A stretch of 64,000 nucleotides of DNA from Candidatus Poribacteria bacterium (GCA_965215265.1 OZ244048.1:1408001-1472000); one strand, 5' to 3'; shown: positions 18,631 to 29,858, numbered from the stretch's first letter. A program made the numbers and translations. Notes: generated by a model from the sequence alone, not told the origin.

Positions 18631-20373
18631 ATGAACGACAAAAAAATGAAAATTCTGATTAGCGTGCCTATCTTTTTAGGGCTCTGTTTGGTCTGTATGT
18701 GGCAGGAATCTCGTATTTTTTCTACAGATCCGAACTTGGTCTGGTACAGCACCGTGCCCCCGCTCCTCGCTGTCACCTTAGCAATTCTAACAACACGACT
18801 AATATTGAGTCTCGGTGTGGCAGTAGGCGTGGGCATTATACTGTCGTGGCTTCAACAAGAGACAACGCTCCCCGGTTTTTTTAGTGAGATAGTTTGGTTT
18901 GTTCGCGAAGTGACTGTAACGAATGACGGCATAGATCTGTTCAATTTCTGGGTTATCCTGTTTGTGTGCCTGATCATGTCGGTGATTTCTGTGGTGGTAG
19001 CGTCTGGTGGCATTGAAGGTGTCGTTGCGTGGCTTTCTCAGTATGCGAGGGGCCCCCGTTCTACACAGTTCATCACAACGTTGATGGGCCTGATCATTTT
19101 TATAGGCGATTATTCCAACGCGATGTTGGTTGGTCCTACGATGCGCCCGTTGACCGATCATTATCGGATCAGTCGTGAAAAATTGGCGTATCTCGTAGAC
19201 TCTACCAGTGCGCCGATTGCGGGCCTCGCGTTTGTTAGCACGTGGATAGGCTACGAAGTTGGTCTCTTTAACGATGTTGCTAAATCCATCGGTATAGAAA
19301 AAGATGGATATGCGATGTTCTTTGACGCGCTCGGTTTTCGGTTTTACTGTATCCTCACCATTATTTTCGTTTTGGTGAATGCCATCAGTGGCAGAGATTA
19401 CGGCCTTATGCACAAGGCTGAGGCCCGGGCGCGGAAAACAGGACAAGTCTCTGCGCCGGATGCCCAAGCATTAGGGGACACGCTGAGTTTCAGTCAGGTT
19501 TCGAGTGCGCGCACACATCCGTTGTCAGCTGTTTTACCGCTTCTGACGCTTTTAGGATTGCTGCTGGGAGGATTCTGGATAGATGGCAGTGCTGCCGGGT
19601 CCCTTTTTTCAATCGCTGCATGGCGAGATGCGTTTTTAAAAGCGAGTAGCGGTGCTATCTTTTCGCTGAATGCCTGGCGTGCCGCACTATCAGATGCGAA
19701 CAACGTCATGGTGCTTGCGCTTGCAGCCGCTAGTGCCTTTGTTGTCGCGATTGTATGTGCGCGTTGTCTTTCAAAATTGCGATTTTCAGACATAGGTGCG
19801 GCTGTGTGGAACGGTGTTAAAGGAAGCCTGCTCCCGTTGAGCATTCTATTGTTGGCGTGGGGGCTAAAAGCCGGTTGTGATAAACTTTTGACCGGGCAAT
19901 TTCTCTCAGCAATACTTGAAGGTATCGTATCTGCACTCTGGTTCCCAATACTTGTGTTCGCCGTCGCTTCGGTTACCTCTTTTGCAACCGGGACGAGCTG
20001 GGGGACTATGGCGATTCTTATCCCGACGGCTATTCCGGTCGCGTTTTCGCTTGATAACGGGACCTACGGCATCACGACGATTATCTGCCTGGGTGCAGTA
20101 CTGGATGGCGCGATCTTCGGCGACCACTGTTCGCCGGTTTCAGATACGACGATTCTGAGTTCGATTGCGAGCAATTGTGATGCCTTACACCATGTAAGGA
20201 CGCAATTGCCTTACAGTCTCACCGTTGCAGCCCTAGCGATAGTGTGTGGCTATCTACCTGCAGCCCTTGGCATTTCATCATTCGTCGGAATTGCCGGTGG
20301 TGCGTTATTAATTCTATTATTATTTTACGGGCTCTCCCGTTTTCGCTACTGGCAGCAATCGAGTGTTTCTTAA
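18631..20373 (+). CDS. NhaC family Na+/H+ antiporter-like transporter
   Basis: ISREKLAYLVDST, FATGTSWGT, GDHCSPVSDTT. Confidence 0.88.
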   Translation: MNDKKMKILISVPIFLGLCLVCMWQESRIFSTDPNLVWYSTVPPLLAVTLAILTTRLILSLGVAVGVGIILSWLQQETTLPGFFSEIVWFVREVTVTNDGIDLFNFWVILFVCLIMSVISVVVASGGIEGVVAWLSQYARGPRSTQFITTLMGLIIFIGDYSNAMLVGPTMRPLTDHYRISREKLAYLVDSTSAPIAGLAFVSTWIGYEVGLFNDVAKSIGIEKDGYAMFFDALGFRFYCILTIIFVLVNAISGRDYGLMHKAEARARKTGQVSAPDAQALGDTLSFSQVSSARTHPLSAVLPLLTLLGLLLGGFWIDGSAAGSLFSIAAWRDAFLKASSGAIFSLNAWRAALSDANNVMVLALAAASAFVVAIVCARCLSKLRFSDIGAAVWNGVKGSLLPLSILLLAWGLKAGCDKLLTGQFLSAILEGIVSALWFPILVFAVASVTSFATGTSWGTMAILIPTAIPVAFSLDNGTYGITTIICLGAVLDGAIFGDHCSPVSDTTILSSIASNCDALHHVRTQLPYSLTVAALAIVCGYLPAALGISSFVGIAGGALLILLLFYGLSRFRYWQQSSVS

Positions 20374-21269
20374 TCTAAATCGGGAAACCGCAAGAACCGT
20401 TTCGCGTTTCCGCCCATAATGCCAGCCAACTCAGATTGGGATAGATTTGGCAAGAGCTGCTGCACAACGGTGGTGAGTTCTCCATATCCTGGATTCTCCA
20501 AAATCCAGGGAAAATCTGTTGCCCACATCAACCGTTTTGCCCCAAAATCAGTCAGTAAGCTCCGGTGCCAGCCTGCTAGGTCGTTATATGGAAAAGCCTC
20601 TTTACTGAATGCGTACTGGCCGGATAGATGTACTGTCACATTCTCAAAACGTGCCAGCCGGTAGGTTGTGTGCATTGCAAGGTTGTACCCTGTGACTTCA
20701 ATCCGTGGTCGTCCTTGCTTATCCCAACTGAATTTCCCTTTCCCGGGGCACATTCCCAGGTGATTCATAACAACCCGTACCTGCGGGAATTCTTGTATAA
20801 GGTAGGGGAGCAGGTGTGCATCAATGGCCCGTGGATAAAGCCAGAGGACATAATCCTGTTGGGCTGCATATTGCCAGATACGATAGGTTTCGAATTCTCG
20901 GAGAGAGATTTTTGCGAAGATATCGCGCGGTCCCCCAATGGTAGAGAGGCGGAACCCAATAACACCGCTGCCATCAGCCAATTCTGCCATGTGTTCCTCT
21001 GGATGCGGGTGCTCTGGCGGGATGAGCCCGATGCCTAAAAATCGTTTTGGATAGGTTTTTAGACAGTGCAGCAAATAGTTATGATGGGCTAAACTGGTGC
21101 CGCCTATTTGAACGAGCACTGCTTGGTCAATCTGGTGTTTTTCCATTTCGCCCAGCAATTTCTCTGCGGATTCCTCGCGTTCTGCCGGGCAAACTGGGGT
21201 CGTCTCACGTGGGAATTCGGCAGATGCCTTGGTAAAGACATGAAGGTGTGCATCAATTCGTGGCATCAT
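20370..21269 (-). CDS. Amidohydrolase_2 family protein
   Basis: IDAHLH, MNHLG, MWATDFP; start adjusted to follow AGGAG. Confidence 0.85.
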   Translation of the reverse strand: MMPRIDAHLHVFTKASAEFPRETTPVCPAEREESAEKLLGEMEKHQIDQAVLVQIGGTSLAHHNYLLHCLKTYPKRFLGIGLIPPEHPHPEEHMAELADGSGVIGFRLSTIGGPRDIFAKISLREFETYRIWQYAAQQDYVLWLYPRAIDAHLLPYLIQEFPQVRVVMNHLGMCPGKGKFSWDKQGRPRIEVTGYNLAMHTTYRLARFENVTVHLSGQYAFSKEAFPYNDLAGWHRSLLTDFGAKRLMWATDFPWILENPGYGELTTVVQQLLPNLSQSELAGIMGGNAKRFLRFPDLD

Positions 21270-21304
21270 AACACTGCTCCTATTTATCAGCAAGGGTGAT
21301 TTAT

Positions 21305-22018
21305 TTATTCTAAACTGAAAAGCTTCCGGCGGGCTGGGGTTGTGCAATACTCGGAGATTGCCGCAAACTGCTCTGGACTTACCCGGTCCGGCGTTTTCTT
21401 CTCATAAATCAAAATAATCGATTTCCGTGGTATATTCGAGTGGTTATCCATAGAGACGTGCCATCCGTATGAATTGAACATAATTGCGGTACCGGCTTTA
21501 CCGGGAAAAGTTTTATGTCCGGGCATACTCTCTTGATGCAGCGGTCGTGTATAAGGGCCGGCATCCGGTTTATGACTTCCCGGTACATAAGCAAATTCCC
21601 CAGACCGGGGTGCGACATCATTAACATAAATTTGCACCTTAATGTGGAGTGGATTGCGCTGAGGCACGTCTGGATGCCACCCGGTATAACTCACTGGCCA
21701 TGGTGCCACTGTACGAACCTGCGGTCCTAACAAGATAAGTTGATCATCAGTAAATTCCATTAATGCGCCGTAGTAGCTAGGGTAATCAATAATATCTATA
21801 AAAATCGGATCTTTTTCAAGTGGATTGGGAATATCATAAAAAGTCGCAGCCGCTTCGCCGGCCTCAACTCTATCTAACCATTCGGCTTTACAAGTATCCG
21901 CCCAATAGTCAAAAGCCGTCTGGAGCCGTTTTAAATCGTCTCCGTGAATAGCATTTTCAAAGACGAGGTATCCCTCGTCTTCCCAGTGTACCTTTTGCGT
22001 AGGAGTCGGTCGAATCAT
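21305..22018 (-). CDS. Phytanoyl-CoA dioxygenase (PhyH) family protein
   Basis: WHPD, VPGSH, GWH. Confidence 0.85.
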   Translation of the reverse strand: MIRPTPTQKVHWEDEGYLVFENAIHGDDLKRLQTAFDYWADTCKAEWLDRVEAGEAAATFYDIPNPLEKDPIFIDIIDYPSYYGALMEFTDDQLILLGPQVRTVAPWPVSYTGWHPDVPQRNPLHIKVQIYVNDVAPRSGEFAYVPGSHKPDAGPYTRPLHQESMPGHKTFPGKAGTAIMFNSYGWHVSMDNHSNIPRKSIILIYEKKTPDRVSPEQFAAISEYCTTPARRKLFSLE

Positions 22019-22031
22019 GATAAACCTCCTC

Positions 22032-23075
22032 TTATCTCACTTTACCTCTGCCTGCAATTTGCCAAATCGCCTCAACGTTATCGCCCCTCACAGCCGCCAT
22101 CTCATCGTGAAGGTTGCTTGTCATGCCTTGGTGCAGCGGAATAACAGAGAGGCGTTCCCCCACGCGAAATCGATGCGAAGATTTGCTGACATCCACGTGT
22201 CCATGTTCAACAGACATCCCGTAAATCTTCGCGTTAGGATGTTCAATGATATGTCCATAAGGCATTGGGGGGTAACTGGTAAAAGTCTTTTGCCCTCCAT
22301 CAATGATAATCCGTTCTGCAGTTGGCGTGCTCACCACAGTCACAATGATTCGCAGTGCGCATCGCGATGGGGACAACATGTCCGAATTCCCGATGCGCGT
22401 CATCCCCTCGTAGACGTAAGAGCCGGTTCGTGTTTCCGTGCATCCAATTTGCTTTGATATCGCCTCAGCTCCTGTGCCCCCGCCGCTGATAATATTAACA
22501 GGAATGCCATCGCGCCGCAGCAAGTCGAGCGTCTGCTCAATAAACGGTTTCGCACGCAGGTGACTCGGGTATGTCATGATTCCTCGGAGATCCAGTCCGG
22601 GCAACGCGACAACTTTTCGTGCGAGGGTTTGTGCCGATTGCGGTGAACCGACACCGCAACGGCCGCCCCCGGTGTCCAGCTCTATCAGTAACGGTACAAC
22701 ACAACCTTCCTGACTTGCGGCATGAGATATCCCGGCTGCTGTCTCTTCAGAATCTAGTGCAACGGTAATATCTGCCTGTTTTACCAGGGCTGTCAACCGT
22801 TTTAACTTGGGTGTGCCAATAATATTATAAGGAATCAGGATATCGTCAATGCCGGCACCTACCATAGCCTCTGCTTCGCCAAGTTTTTGGCACGTAATTC
22901 CGTTAGAGCCAGCAGCAAGTTGAAGTTTAGCAATCTCTGGCACCTTATGTGTTTTTGAGTGTACGCGGAGGGCAATCCCGATATCAGTACAGCGTGCTGC
23001 CATACCGCCAATATTACGTTCAAGAACGTCCAAGTCTATAATAAGCGCGGGCGTATCAAGGTCTGCGAGATGCAT
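22032..23075 (-). CDS. PLP-dependent D-threonine aldolase / D-serine dehydratase-like enzyme (alanine racemase fold)
   Basis: LDTPALIIDLD, RVHSKTHK, SGGGT, SVEHG. Confidence 0.82.
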   Translation of the reverse strand: MHLADLDTPALIIDLDVLERNIGGMAARCTDIGIALRVHSKTHKVPEIAKLQLAAGSNGITCQKLGEAEAMVGAGIDDILIPYNIIGTPKLKRLTALVKQADITVALDSEETAAGISHAASQEGCVVPLLIELDTGGGRCGVGSPQSAQTLARKVVALPGLDLRGIMTYPSHLRAKPFIEQTLDLLRRDGIPVNIISGGGTGAEAISKQIGCTETRTGSYVYEGMTRIGNSDMLSPSRCALRIIVTVVSTPTAERIIIDGGQKTFTSYPPMPYGHIIEHPNAKIYGMSVEHGHVDVSKSSHRFRVGERLSVIPLHQGMTSNLHDEMAAVRGDNVEAIWQIAGRGKVR

Positions 23076-23217
23076 CTCTTTTCCCTACAAGGATTTTCCA
23101 TATAGTCTATATTTAGCACACTTTTTTGTCAACGTGCTGAGCAAGTTTTTTCTTGTTTTTGATGTCTGCTGATTTGGAGATAAGTTTGGCCGCCGCCTTT
23201 TTACCAAAACTCTAAAC

Positions 23218-23247
23218 TTGACAAACCAGACCTGTTTGTAGTATCAT
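23218..23247 (+). promoter_or_regulatory. Putative sigma70 promoter of tyrS
   Basis: TTGACA-N18-TATCAT. Confidence 0.5.
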
Positions 23248-23280
23248 TAAAAATACCATGTTATAAAAAGGACAGTAAAA

Positions 23281-24567
23281 ATGGAGAACGTTTTTGAAAC
23301 CCTCAAGGAACGCGGTTTCGTAGAACAGTGTACCAATGAAGAGAAGGTAGCGGAGCTGCTATCAGAAAAGCAGCTTAGCTACTACGTAGGTTTCGACCCA
23401 ACCGCCGAGAGTCTCCACGTTGGTAGCCTTGTCCCTATCATGGCAATGGCCCATCTCCAACGTGCAGGACACCAACCGATTGCCATCATCGGTGGGGGTA
23501 CAACCATGATTGGCGACCCGAGCGATAAAACTGAGATGCGCCAATTGATGGCGTTTGAACAGATCGAGGCCAACGGTGCTGCTATTCTAAAACAGTTACA
23601 ACGTTACCTGAAACTCCAACAATCCACAGTCAATAACACCGGCGAAGAAGGATTGTTCATGAATAATGCTGATTGGCTGCTCTCTCTAAATTACATTGAA
23701 TTTCTACGCAACATTGGCAGACACTTCCGTGTCAATGAAATGATTCGCGTAGAAGGCTACCGGCAACGGCTTGAACGCGAGGAAGGGCTCTCCTTCCTTG
23801 AATTTAACTATCAACTCCTCCAGGCTTACGACTTCTTGTATCTTCATAAGAGACATGGATGCGTTCTCCAACTTGGTGGTGACGATCAGTGGAGCAATAT
23901 CCTTGCAGGTGTGGCCCTTGTCCGCCGGATTGCAGGTAAACGGGTACACGCTCTCACCTTCCCACTGCTCACTACAGCCGGCGGTACAAAGATGGGCAAA
24001 ACCGCGGATGGTGCAGTCTGGCTTGACGCGAAACGGACATCACCCTATCAGTTTTATCAATACTGGATTAACACCGACGACCGGGACGTAGAAAGATTCT
24101 TAGCCTATTTCACCTTTCTCCCGATGGACGAGGTGCGACAACTCGGCAGATTGGAACACGCGGCTATTCGTGAAGCAAAAGCTGTACTCGCCTACGAAGC
24201 GACTAAACTTGCACATGGAAAAGCCGAAGCAGCCAATGCACAAGCAGCATCGCACGCTGCTTTTGGGGGGAGCAGCCGGGGCATGGAGCTCACCGGAATA
24301 CCTACTTCTACTATTGCGTCTGAGCAACTCCAAACAGGCATTCCAATCATCGAGTTGTTCCATCAGGTTGGCTTAGCCAATTCACGTAGTGAAGCGCGAC
24401 GTCTCATTCAACAGGGCGGAGCATATATTAACGAGAAGCAGTATCGCGAGATAGATACCGTTATTGATAAAACCCGTCTTGAGAAGAGTGCATTGCTTCT
24501 TCGTGCGGGGAAGAAGCGTTACCATCGCGTTGTTCTTGAAGGAAATGAAACCGATTCGTCTCTCTAA
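23281..24567 (+). CDS. tyrS: Tyrosine--tRNA ligase
   Basis: GFDPTAESLHVGS, KMGKT, C-terminal S4 domain. Confidence 0.97.
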   Translation: MENVFETLKERGFVEQCTNEEKVAELLSEKQLSYYVGFDPTAESLHVGSLVPIMAMAHLQRAGHQPIAIIGGGTTMIGDPSDKTEMRQLMAFEQIEANGAAILKQLQRYLKLQQSTVNNTGEEGLFMNNADWLLSLNYIEFLRNIGRHFRVNEMIRVEGYRQRLEREEGLSFLEFNYQLLQAYDFLYLHKRHGCVLQLGGDDQWSNILAGVALVRRIAGKRVHALTFPLLTTAGGTKMGKTADGAVWLDAKRTSPYQFYQYWINTDDRDVERFLAYFTFLPMDEVRQLGRLEHAAIREAKAVLAYEATKLAHGKAEAANAQAASHAAFGGSSRGMELTGIPTSTIASEQLQTGIPIIELFHQVGLANSRSEARRLIQQGGAYINEKQYREIDTVIDKTRLEKSALLLRAGKKRYHRVVLEGNETDSSL

Positions 24568-24843
24568 TAGGGCAGGAACCGTAAATGTGCTGAACCTGCA
24601 ACGCCTTGTGCTGCGATGACTCGCTATTACCCATAAATAGTACAAGGGTGCAATTCCGCTTGAGAAGAAGCGGATTTAGAGAGTTTTTTCTGTGTACGCA
24701 AACTGTACGCTCCCAACAGCCGCCGGGTCGTCTGGGTTTGAGGTTTTGGGGCTCTGGTGGGCGAAAGCACGTGATGGCTAAACGAAATTTATGGGTAACA
24801 GTCAGTCTGCGATTAAGGGTAAAATTCATAATAGGAAACCGCC

Positions 24844-26379
24844 ATGGGATCAACCGGAACCCCCTTCAAGCGTCTAATCTTTATCCTAATTGATGGTGCA
24901 CCTTACCACATCTTTGAGGAGCTAGTCGAAAACGGAGACCTGCCCAACATCAAAAAATATGTGGTGGCGGCTGGGTGTCTCAAAAAAGCGGTTTCCGTTT
25001 TTCCGTCAACGACTGGCCCCGCCTTTACGCCTTTTTTCATGGGACTGTTTCCTGGTACAGCGAATATCCCGGGCATCCGGTGGCTGTCAAAAAGCGAATT
25101 TCAGAATCCTCATAGGTTCAAACGTCCAGGTGTCTGTAGTTATATGGGGCTTGACGCATTGAGTTTTGAGGCGGACCTGCCATCAGACTTCCCAACCCTG
25201 TTTGACTTTTTCTCACCTGTCAGCAACATTTATAACCCGCTTGCCCGTGGATGTCCGCCAGTAAAAAACTTGACGCGATGGGTAAAACCGGTTGCTTACA
25301 CATACGCGCATTTTTCGCACCGGTGGCGATTCGTAAATCAGATAGCACGCCGTCATCTCTGCGAAGCTGTGGAAGCCGGTGACAACTTTGTGATGTGCCT
25401 TTTTCCAGCCGTGGATACCTTTTCGCATCTCTCGCACACGCAATCGCCACAAGTACTTGAGACCTACCGGGAAATCGATACGACTGTCGGACAGCTCGTA
25501 GCGACATTGCAAAGAGACAAGACGTTTGATGAAACGCTCATTGTGATGACGAGCGACCATGGGATGACAAATACGCATACTCATATTGATGTTGTGCAAT
25601 CTCTCGATAACGCAGGATGGCGATGTTTGCATTACCCGTGCCTCTGGCGGCGCAATGTCAGATGTGCGAGTATGGTGTCGGGCAATGGGATGACGCATCT
25701 CTACTTTAAAAACGAGGCTGTCAGCTTAGGTATAGATATCGAATCCCAAGGCTGGGGTGAACGTATTCCTTTTGAGCACTTTCAGCAAATCGGTATTGTA
25801 GAAACACTCTTAGCACTTGAAGGCTTAGCACTTGTTGCGGGGCAAAGCGAAGACGGAGGCATTATTATTCAAAATCGAGTTGGAAAGGCGAAAATCAGAT
25901 GTCATAAAGCAACAGAGCTAGATGCAAAGTCTCCGCTCTTTTCCTACCGATTTGAACACGCAGATCCGCTCGGGTACGGTACGAATTATGATATGTTATC
26001 CTCACGCGAGCTGCTACAGCACACGTACAATACGCCGTATCCGGATGCTATCGTCCAACTCTGGCAAATCTTCCAGAGTCTTCGTACCGGAGATCTGGTT
26101 TTAAGTGCCGAAAAGGGTTATGACTTACGTGCCCGTTATGAAATCCCGGAGCATCATGCGACACACGGTGCTTTACTTGCCGAGCATCTACACATACCGC
26201 TGGCAATGAACGTGCCAATTGACGAAGAATGCATCCGTTCTGTTGATATTTTCCCAACACTCTTAAACTTGTGCGGACACCATGTTACCCACTTTCCAGT
26301 CCATCGGGCTGGTTCTGCAGATTGTGAAGAACAGTTTTCCTTACTGATCGACAGAATTGATGGTGAAATTGTAAGGTGA
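24844..26379 (+). CDS. Alkaline phosphatase superfamily (nucleotide pyrophosphatase/phosphodiesterase-like)
   Basis: LIDG, VFPSTTGPA, DTFSH, TSDHG, THG. Confidence 0.8.
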   Translation: MGSTGTPFKRLIFILIDGAPYHIFEELVENGDLPNIKKYVVAAGCLKKAVSVFPSTTGPAFTPFFMGLFPGTANIPGIRWLSKSEFQNPHRFKRPGVCSYMGLDALSFEADLPSDFPTLFDFFSPVSNIYNPLARGCPPVKNLTRWVKPVAYTYAHFSHRWRFVNQIARRHLCEAVEAGDNFVMCLFPAVDTFSHLSHTQSPQVLETYREIDTTVGQLVATLQRDKTFDETLIVMTSDHGMTNTHTHIDVVQSLDNAGWRCLHYPCLWRRNVRCASMVSGNGMTHLYFKNEAVSLGIDIESQGWGERIPFEHFQQIGIVETLLALEGLALVAGQSEDGGIIIQNRVGKAKIRCHKATELDAKSPLFSYRFEHADPLGYGTNYDMLSSRELLQHTYNTPYPDAIVQLWQIFQSLRTGDLVLSAEKGYDLRARYEIPEHHATHGALLAEHLHIPLAMNVPIDEECIRSVDIFPTLLNLCGHHVTHFPVHRAGSADCEEQFSLLIDRIDGEIVR

Positions 26380-26581
26380 CTATCAAGTTTTCCACAGTAA
26401 CATGAAAAAAGAATTTGACTTTTACCGTAAATTATGGTAATATATAATAAAATGCGTTAGTATTTTTAAACCCTTTATTGTGGATAACGTCTTATATGAC
26501 TAAAGACATGCAACTTAAGTGAAAAAAGGCGAAAGCAGGTGCTATCGTCGTACGAAGCTGTACGAACTGACTGAGAGTTGA

Positions 26582-26746
26582 ATGATGCAAACGATTGAAC
26601 ACAACGCCAACTTTACAGTACAAGCTAGCCGCGTGCCCTTTACTTTGGCTGATTTACGTGGCGGCTATCTGTACACCTGGCCGCTTTTCGCGCTCGGGTT
26701 GTACCTTTATTTTTACGGTGACTGTAGGGTGGCGAAGGTTCGTTAG
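26582..26746 (+). CDS. Putative attenuator leader peptide (54 aa, Tyr/Phe/Trp/Leu cluster)
   Basis: Manual translation MMQTIEHNANFTVQASRVPFTLADLRGGYLYTWPLFALGLYLYFYGDCRVAKVR*; lies upstream of a terminator and the DAHP synthase-leuA genes. Confidence 0.55.
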   Translation: MMQTIEHNANFTVQASRVPFTLADLRGGYLYTWPLFALGLYLYFYGDCRVAKVR

Positions 26747-26795
26747 TCATCAGTTTCTTGATGACAATTTAAGATTTTCATAACGTTTTATCACC

Positions 26796-26832
26796 ACCCA
26801 GCGTCCAAAACCTTTGATGTTGGGTATTTTTT
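26796..26832 (+). terminator. Intrinsic terminator / attenuator hairpin
   Basis: ACCCAGCGTC / GATGTTGGGT 10-bp stem (2 G-U pairs) followed by ATTTTTT. Confidence 0.65.
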
Positions 26833-27103
26833 GTTACGGAGTATAGCGATGAATAGCGACTCCTGTAATATGCCCGAATAGAATGAGGGCAAAAAAAATA
26901 AGAACTCATACCAAATGAACGTCATTCGTGTTACTTCCCACGTGTCGGGAGCACACGAGGTATCCTTTCATCTGCTCAGCCGCGGCACGGATATAGGGTA
27001 AAACAAGCACTGAGCCTGAAGCGGCACGTGAAGAGGACGAGTGCCTTAACGTAATTTGATATGACATAGCCCGAGGGTTATTTGTCGGAGGAAGTTCATA
27101 AAG

Positions 27104-28120
27104 ATGGTAATCGTTACCAAAACCGATGCAACACAAGAACAAATTGATGCGGTTGTCCAACGAATCAAGAGTGTCGGCTTGAAAGCACAAGTTTCAACTG
27201 GTGAACAACGCACTGTCATCGGTGTCATAGGGGACAAAACATTGCTTGGTGATATTCCGATAGAGTCGATGTCCGGCGTTGAACGCACAATGCCGATTAC
27301 TGCGCCATTTAAACTGGCCAGCCGCCAATTTAGAGAGGAACCGACGATTATTGCTGTGAACGGCACAAAGATTGGTGGGAGGCAGCTACCTGTCATCGCC
27401 GGACCGTGTGCGGTAGAAAGCACAGAACAGATAGTCACTATTGCCCACCATGTGAAAGAAGCAGGTGCCAGTTTTATCCGTGGCGGCGCTTTTAAACCGC
27501 GTACCGGGCCTTACAGTTTCCAAGGCTACGGGGAGAACGCGCTCGAAATGCTGGCAGAAGCCAAAAACGAGACCGGACTGGGCATCGTTACAGAAGTTAT
27601 GACCCCGCATGAAGTTGATTTGGTTGGGCAGTGTACGGATATTTTTCAACTCGGTACTCGGAACATGACCAATTTCTACCTATTGCGCGAGGTCGGCAAA
27701 GCGGGGAAACCGGTTATCCTCAAACGCGGCATGAGCTCGACGATTGAGGAATGGCTACTTGCTGCAGAGTACATCCTCGCGGAAGGAAACCCGGATGTCA
27801 TCTTGTGTGAACGTGGCATCCGCACCTTTGAAACGCATACACGTAACACACTCGATCTCAACGCTGTCCCAGTTGTTCATGAATTGAGCCACTTACCTAT
27901 CATCGTAGACCCCAGCCATGGAACGGGTATCCGGAGCCTTGTGAGTGATATGACAAAAGCCTCTGTCGCATCGGGTGCAGATGGACTCTTGCTTGAAGTC
28001 CATCATGATCCGGATCATTCTATGACAGGCGACGGTGCACAGTCACTGTTCCCAGAACAGTTTGAGCAGCTCATGAAGGAATTGAAGCCAATTGCGCACG
28101 CCGTTGGACGGGAGATATAA
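27104..28120 (+). CDS. aroF: DAHP synthase, type I-beta with N-terminal regulatory domain
   Basis: [33 protein letters not shown]. Confidence 0.93.
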   Translation: MVIVTKTDATQEQIDAVVQRIKSVGLKAQVSTGEQRTVIGVIGDKTLLGDIPIESMSGVERTMPITAPFKLASRQFREEPTIIAVNGTKIGGRQLPVIAGPCAVESTEQIVTIAHHVKEAGASFIRGGAFKPRTGPYSFQGYGENALEMLAEAKNETGLGIVTEVMTPHEVDLVGQCTDIFQLGTRNMTNFYLLREVGKAGKPVILKRGMSSTIEEWLLAAEYILAEGNPDVILCERGIRTFETHTRNTLDLNAVPVVHELSHLPIIVDPSHGTGIRSLVSDMTKASVASGADGLLLEVHHDPDHSMTGDGAQSLFPEQFEQLMKELKPIAHAVGREI

Positions 28121-28243
28121 ACCGCCGAGGAGAAAGGTTTTTAAATTATTGCTGATTTACAGTGTCGTAGTGCGAGTCTTGAGACTTTGTGCATCCAAGA
28201 CACAATGTCTGGGCACTGGATATCGCGTTTGGAGGAAGACACC

Positions 28244-29797
28244 GTGGACGATTTTCAAACCAACCCCCAAAAGGTCCATATTTTTGATACGACCTTGCGT
28301 GATGCAGAGCAGACACCCGGTGCTGCTCTCGGGATTGAGGAAAAACTAGAGATTGCTAAGCACCTCGCGAAACTAAAAGTCGATGTGATTGAAGCTGGAT
28401 TCCCGATTTCCTCACCTGGTGATTTTGATGCTGTGCAGCGTATCGCAAACGAAGTTGATGGCCCTGAAATTTGTGCGTTATCCCGTGTGGTGGAGAAGGA
28501 CATTACTGCTGCATGGCAAGCAATCCAAGACGCACCGCGTGCACGCATCCATACCTTTGTGGGCACATCACCAATTCACATGGGACGTATCACGCGCACA
28601 ACGCCGGAAGATACACTGCGCATGGCTGTCGATGCTGTTAGATATGCGACGGAGTTGTGTGCCGGACAGCCAAATGCAACCGTTGAATTTTCACCGATGG
28701 ATGCAGGACGTACCGAACCCGCGTTCCTTTACAAAGTGGTTGAGGCCACCATTGGAGCCGGGGCTAATGTCGTCAATATACCGGAAACCGTTGGCTGGAC
28801 GTTACCTGCTGAATTCGGAAACCTCATCGCGGGGATAAAGAAAAACGTCGCGAACATTGAGGAAGCGATTATTAGTGTCCACTGCCATAACGACTTGGGG
28901 CTTGCTGTGGCAAATAGTCTACATGCAATAGAACGGGGCGCACGCCAGGTCGAATGCACGATTAACGGGCTCGGAGAACGTGCTGGAAACACCTCTCTTG
29001 AAGAGATTGTGATGGCCATCCGGACGCGCCGCGACTATTTCAAAGAGTACTATACCGATATTAATACGCAAGAAATAGTGCCTATTAGTCGGCGAGTCAG
29101 CCGAACGATGGGAATCCCCGTGCAACCGAACAAAGCTATCGTCGGGGCAAACGCTTTTGCACACAGTTCCGGTATCCACCAAGACGGAATTATTAAGTCC
29201 CGTGTCACCTTTGAAATCATAGACCCGAAGGAGATCGGCTGGAAAGAGAGCCAACTGATTCTGAGCCCTCGTTCCGGACGTAATGCACTCAAACATCGCC
29301 TGAGTGAACTGGGCTACGAAATACCGCCGGAGCAATTAGACAAAGTTTACGAACGTTTCCTGCAGGTTGCCGATAAGAAGAAGGCGGTGCATGACGCAGA
29401 CCTTGAAGCAATCATGAGCGACGAAATTCGAGCAGTCCCCGCACACTTTGAGCTTGACTACATCCAAGTCGTCAGCGGCACCAAAATCTCACCTACTACC
29501 ACGGTTGGTGTGAAGACAGAAAACGGTGTAGTTGAGAGTGCATCAACCGGCGACGGGCCAGTTGATGCCGCGTTCAAAGCGATCGGGCAGATTGTCAAAT
29601 TCCGACTCAACCTGATTGACTATCAGATCCGGTCTGTCACCGAAGGCGAAGATGCAATCGGGGAGGTAACGCTAAAAGTGCAGGATAACGGGAACCTCAT
29701 CACAGGACACGGGGCAAGTACTGATATCATTGAAGCCAGCGCGAAAGCCTACATTCATGCTGTGAATAAGCTGATTCAACTCCGCTCAGAAGGGTAA
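28244..29797 (+). CDS. leuA: 2-isopropylmalate synthase
   Basis: FDTTLRD, HCHNDLG, GERAGN, HSSGIHQDG, regulatory GDGPVDA; GTG start after GGAGG. Confidence 0.93.
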   Translation: MDDFQTNPQKVHIFDTTLRDAEQTPGAALGIEEKLEIAKHLAKLKVDVIEAGFPISSPGDFDAVQRIANEVDGPEICALSRVVEKDITAAWQAIQDAPRARIHTFVGTSPIHMGRITRTTPEDTLRMAVDAVRYATELCAGQPNATVEFSPMDAGRTEPAFLYKVVEATIGAGANVVNIPETVGWTLPAEFGNLIAGIKKNVANIEEAIISVHCHNDLGLAVANSLHAIERGARQVECTINGLGERAGNTSLEEIVMAIRTRRDYFKEYYTDINTQEIVPISRRVSRTMGIPVQPNKAIVGANAFAHSSGIHQDGIIKSRVTFEIIDPKEIGWKESQLILSPRSGRNALKHRLSELGYEIPPEQLDKVYERFLQVADKKKAVHDADLEAIMSDEIRAVPAHFELDYIQVVSGTKISPTTTVGVKTENGVVESASTGDGPVDAAFKAIGQIVKFRLNLIDYQIRSVTEGEDAIGEVTLKVQDNGNLITGHGASTDIIEASAKAYIHAVNKLIQLRSEG

Positions 29798-29858
29798 TAT
29801 TCATTTTTTTGTATATCTCCGTACCATCAAAGGTTATGATTTTACAACGCTGCTCCTG

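Noticed and set aside
26595-26783. 62-aa ORF from the track as the leader peptide; T-box riboswitch
   Set aside because: TTG start and weaker codon clustering than the ATG frame at 26582; no T-box consensus seen.
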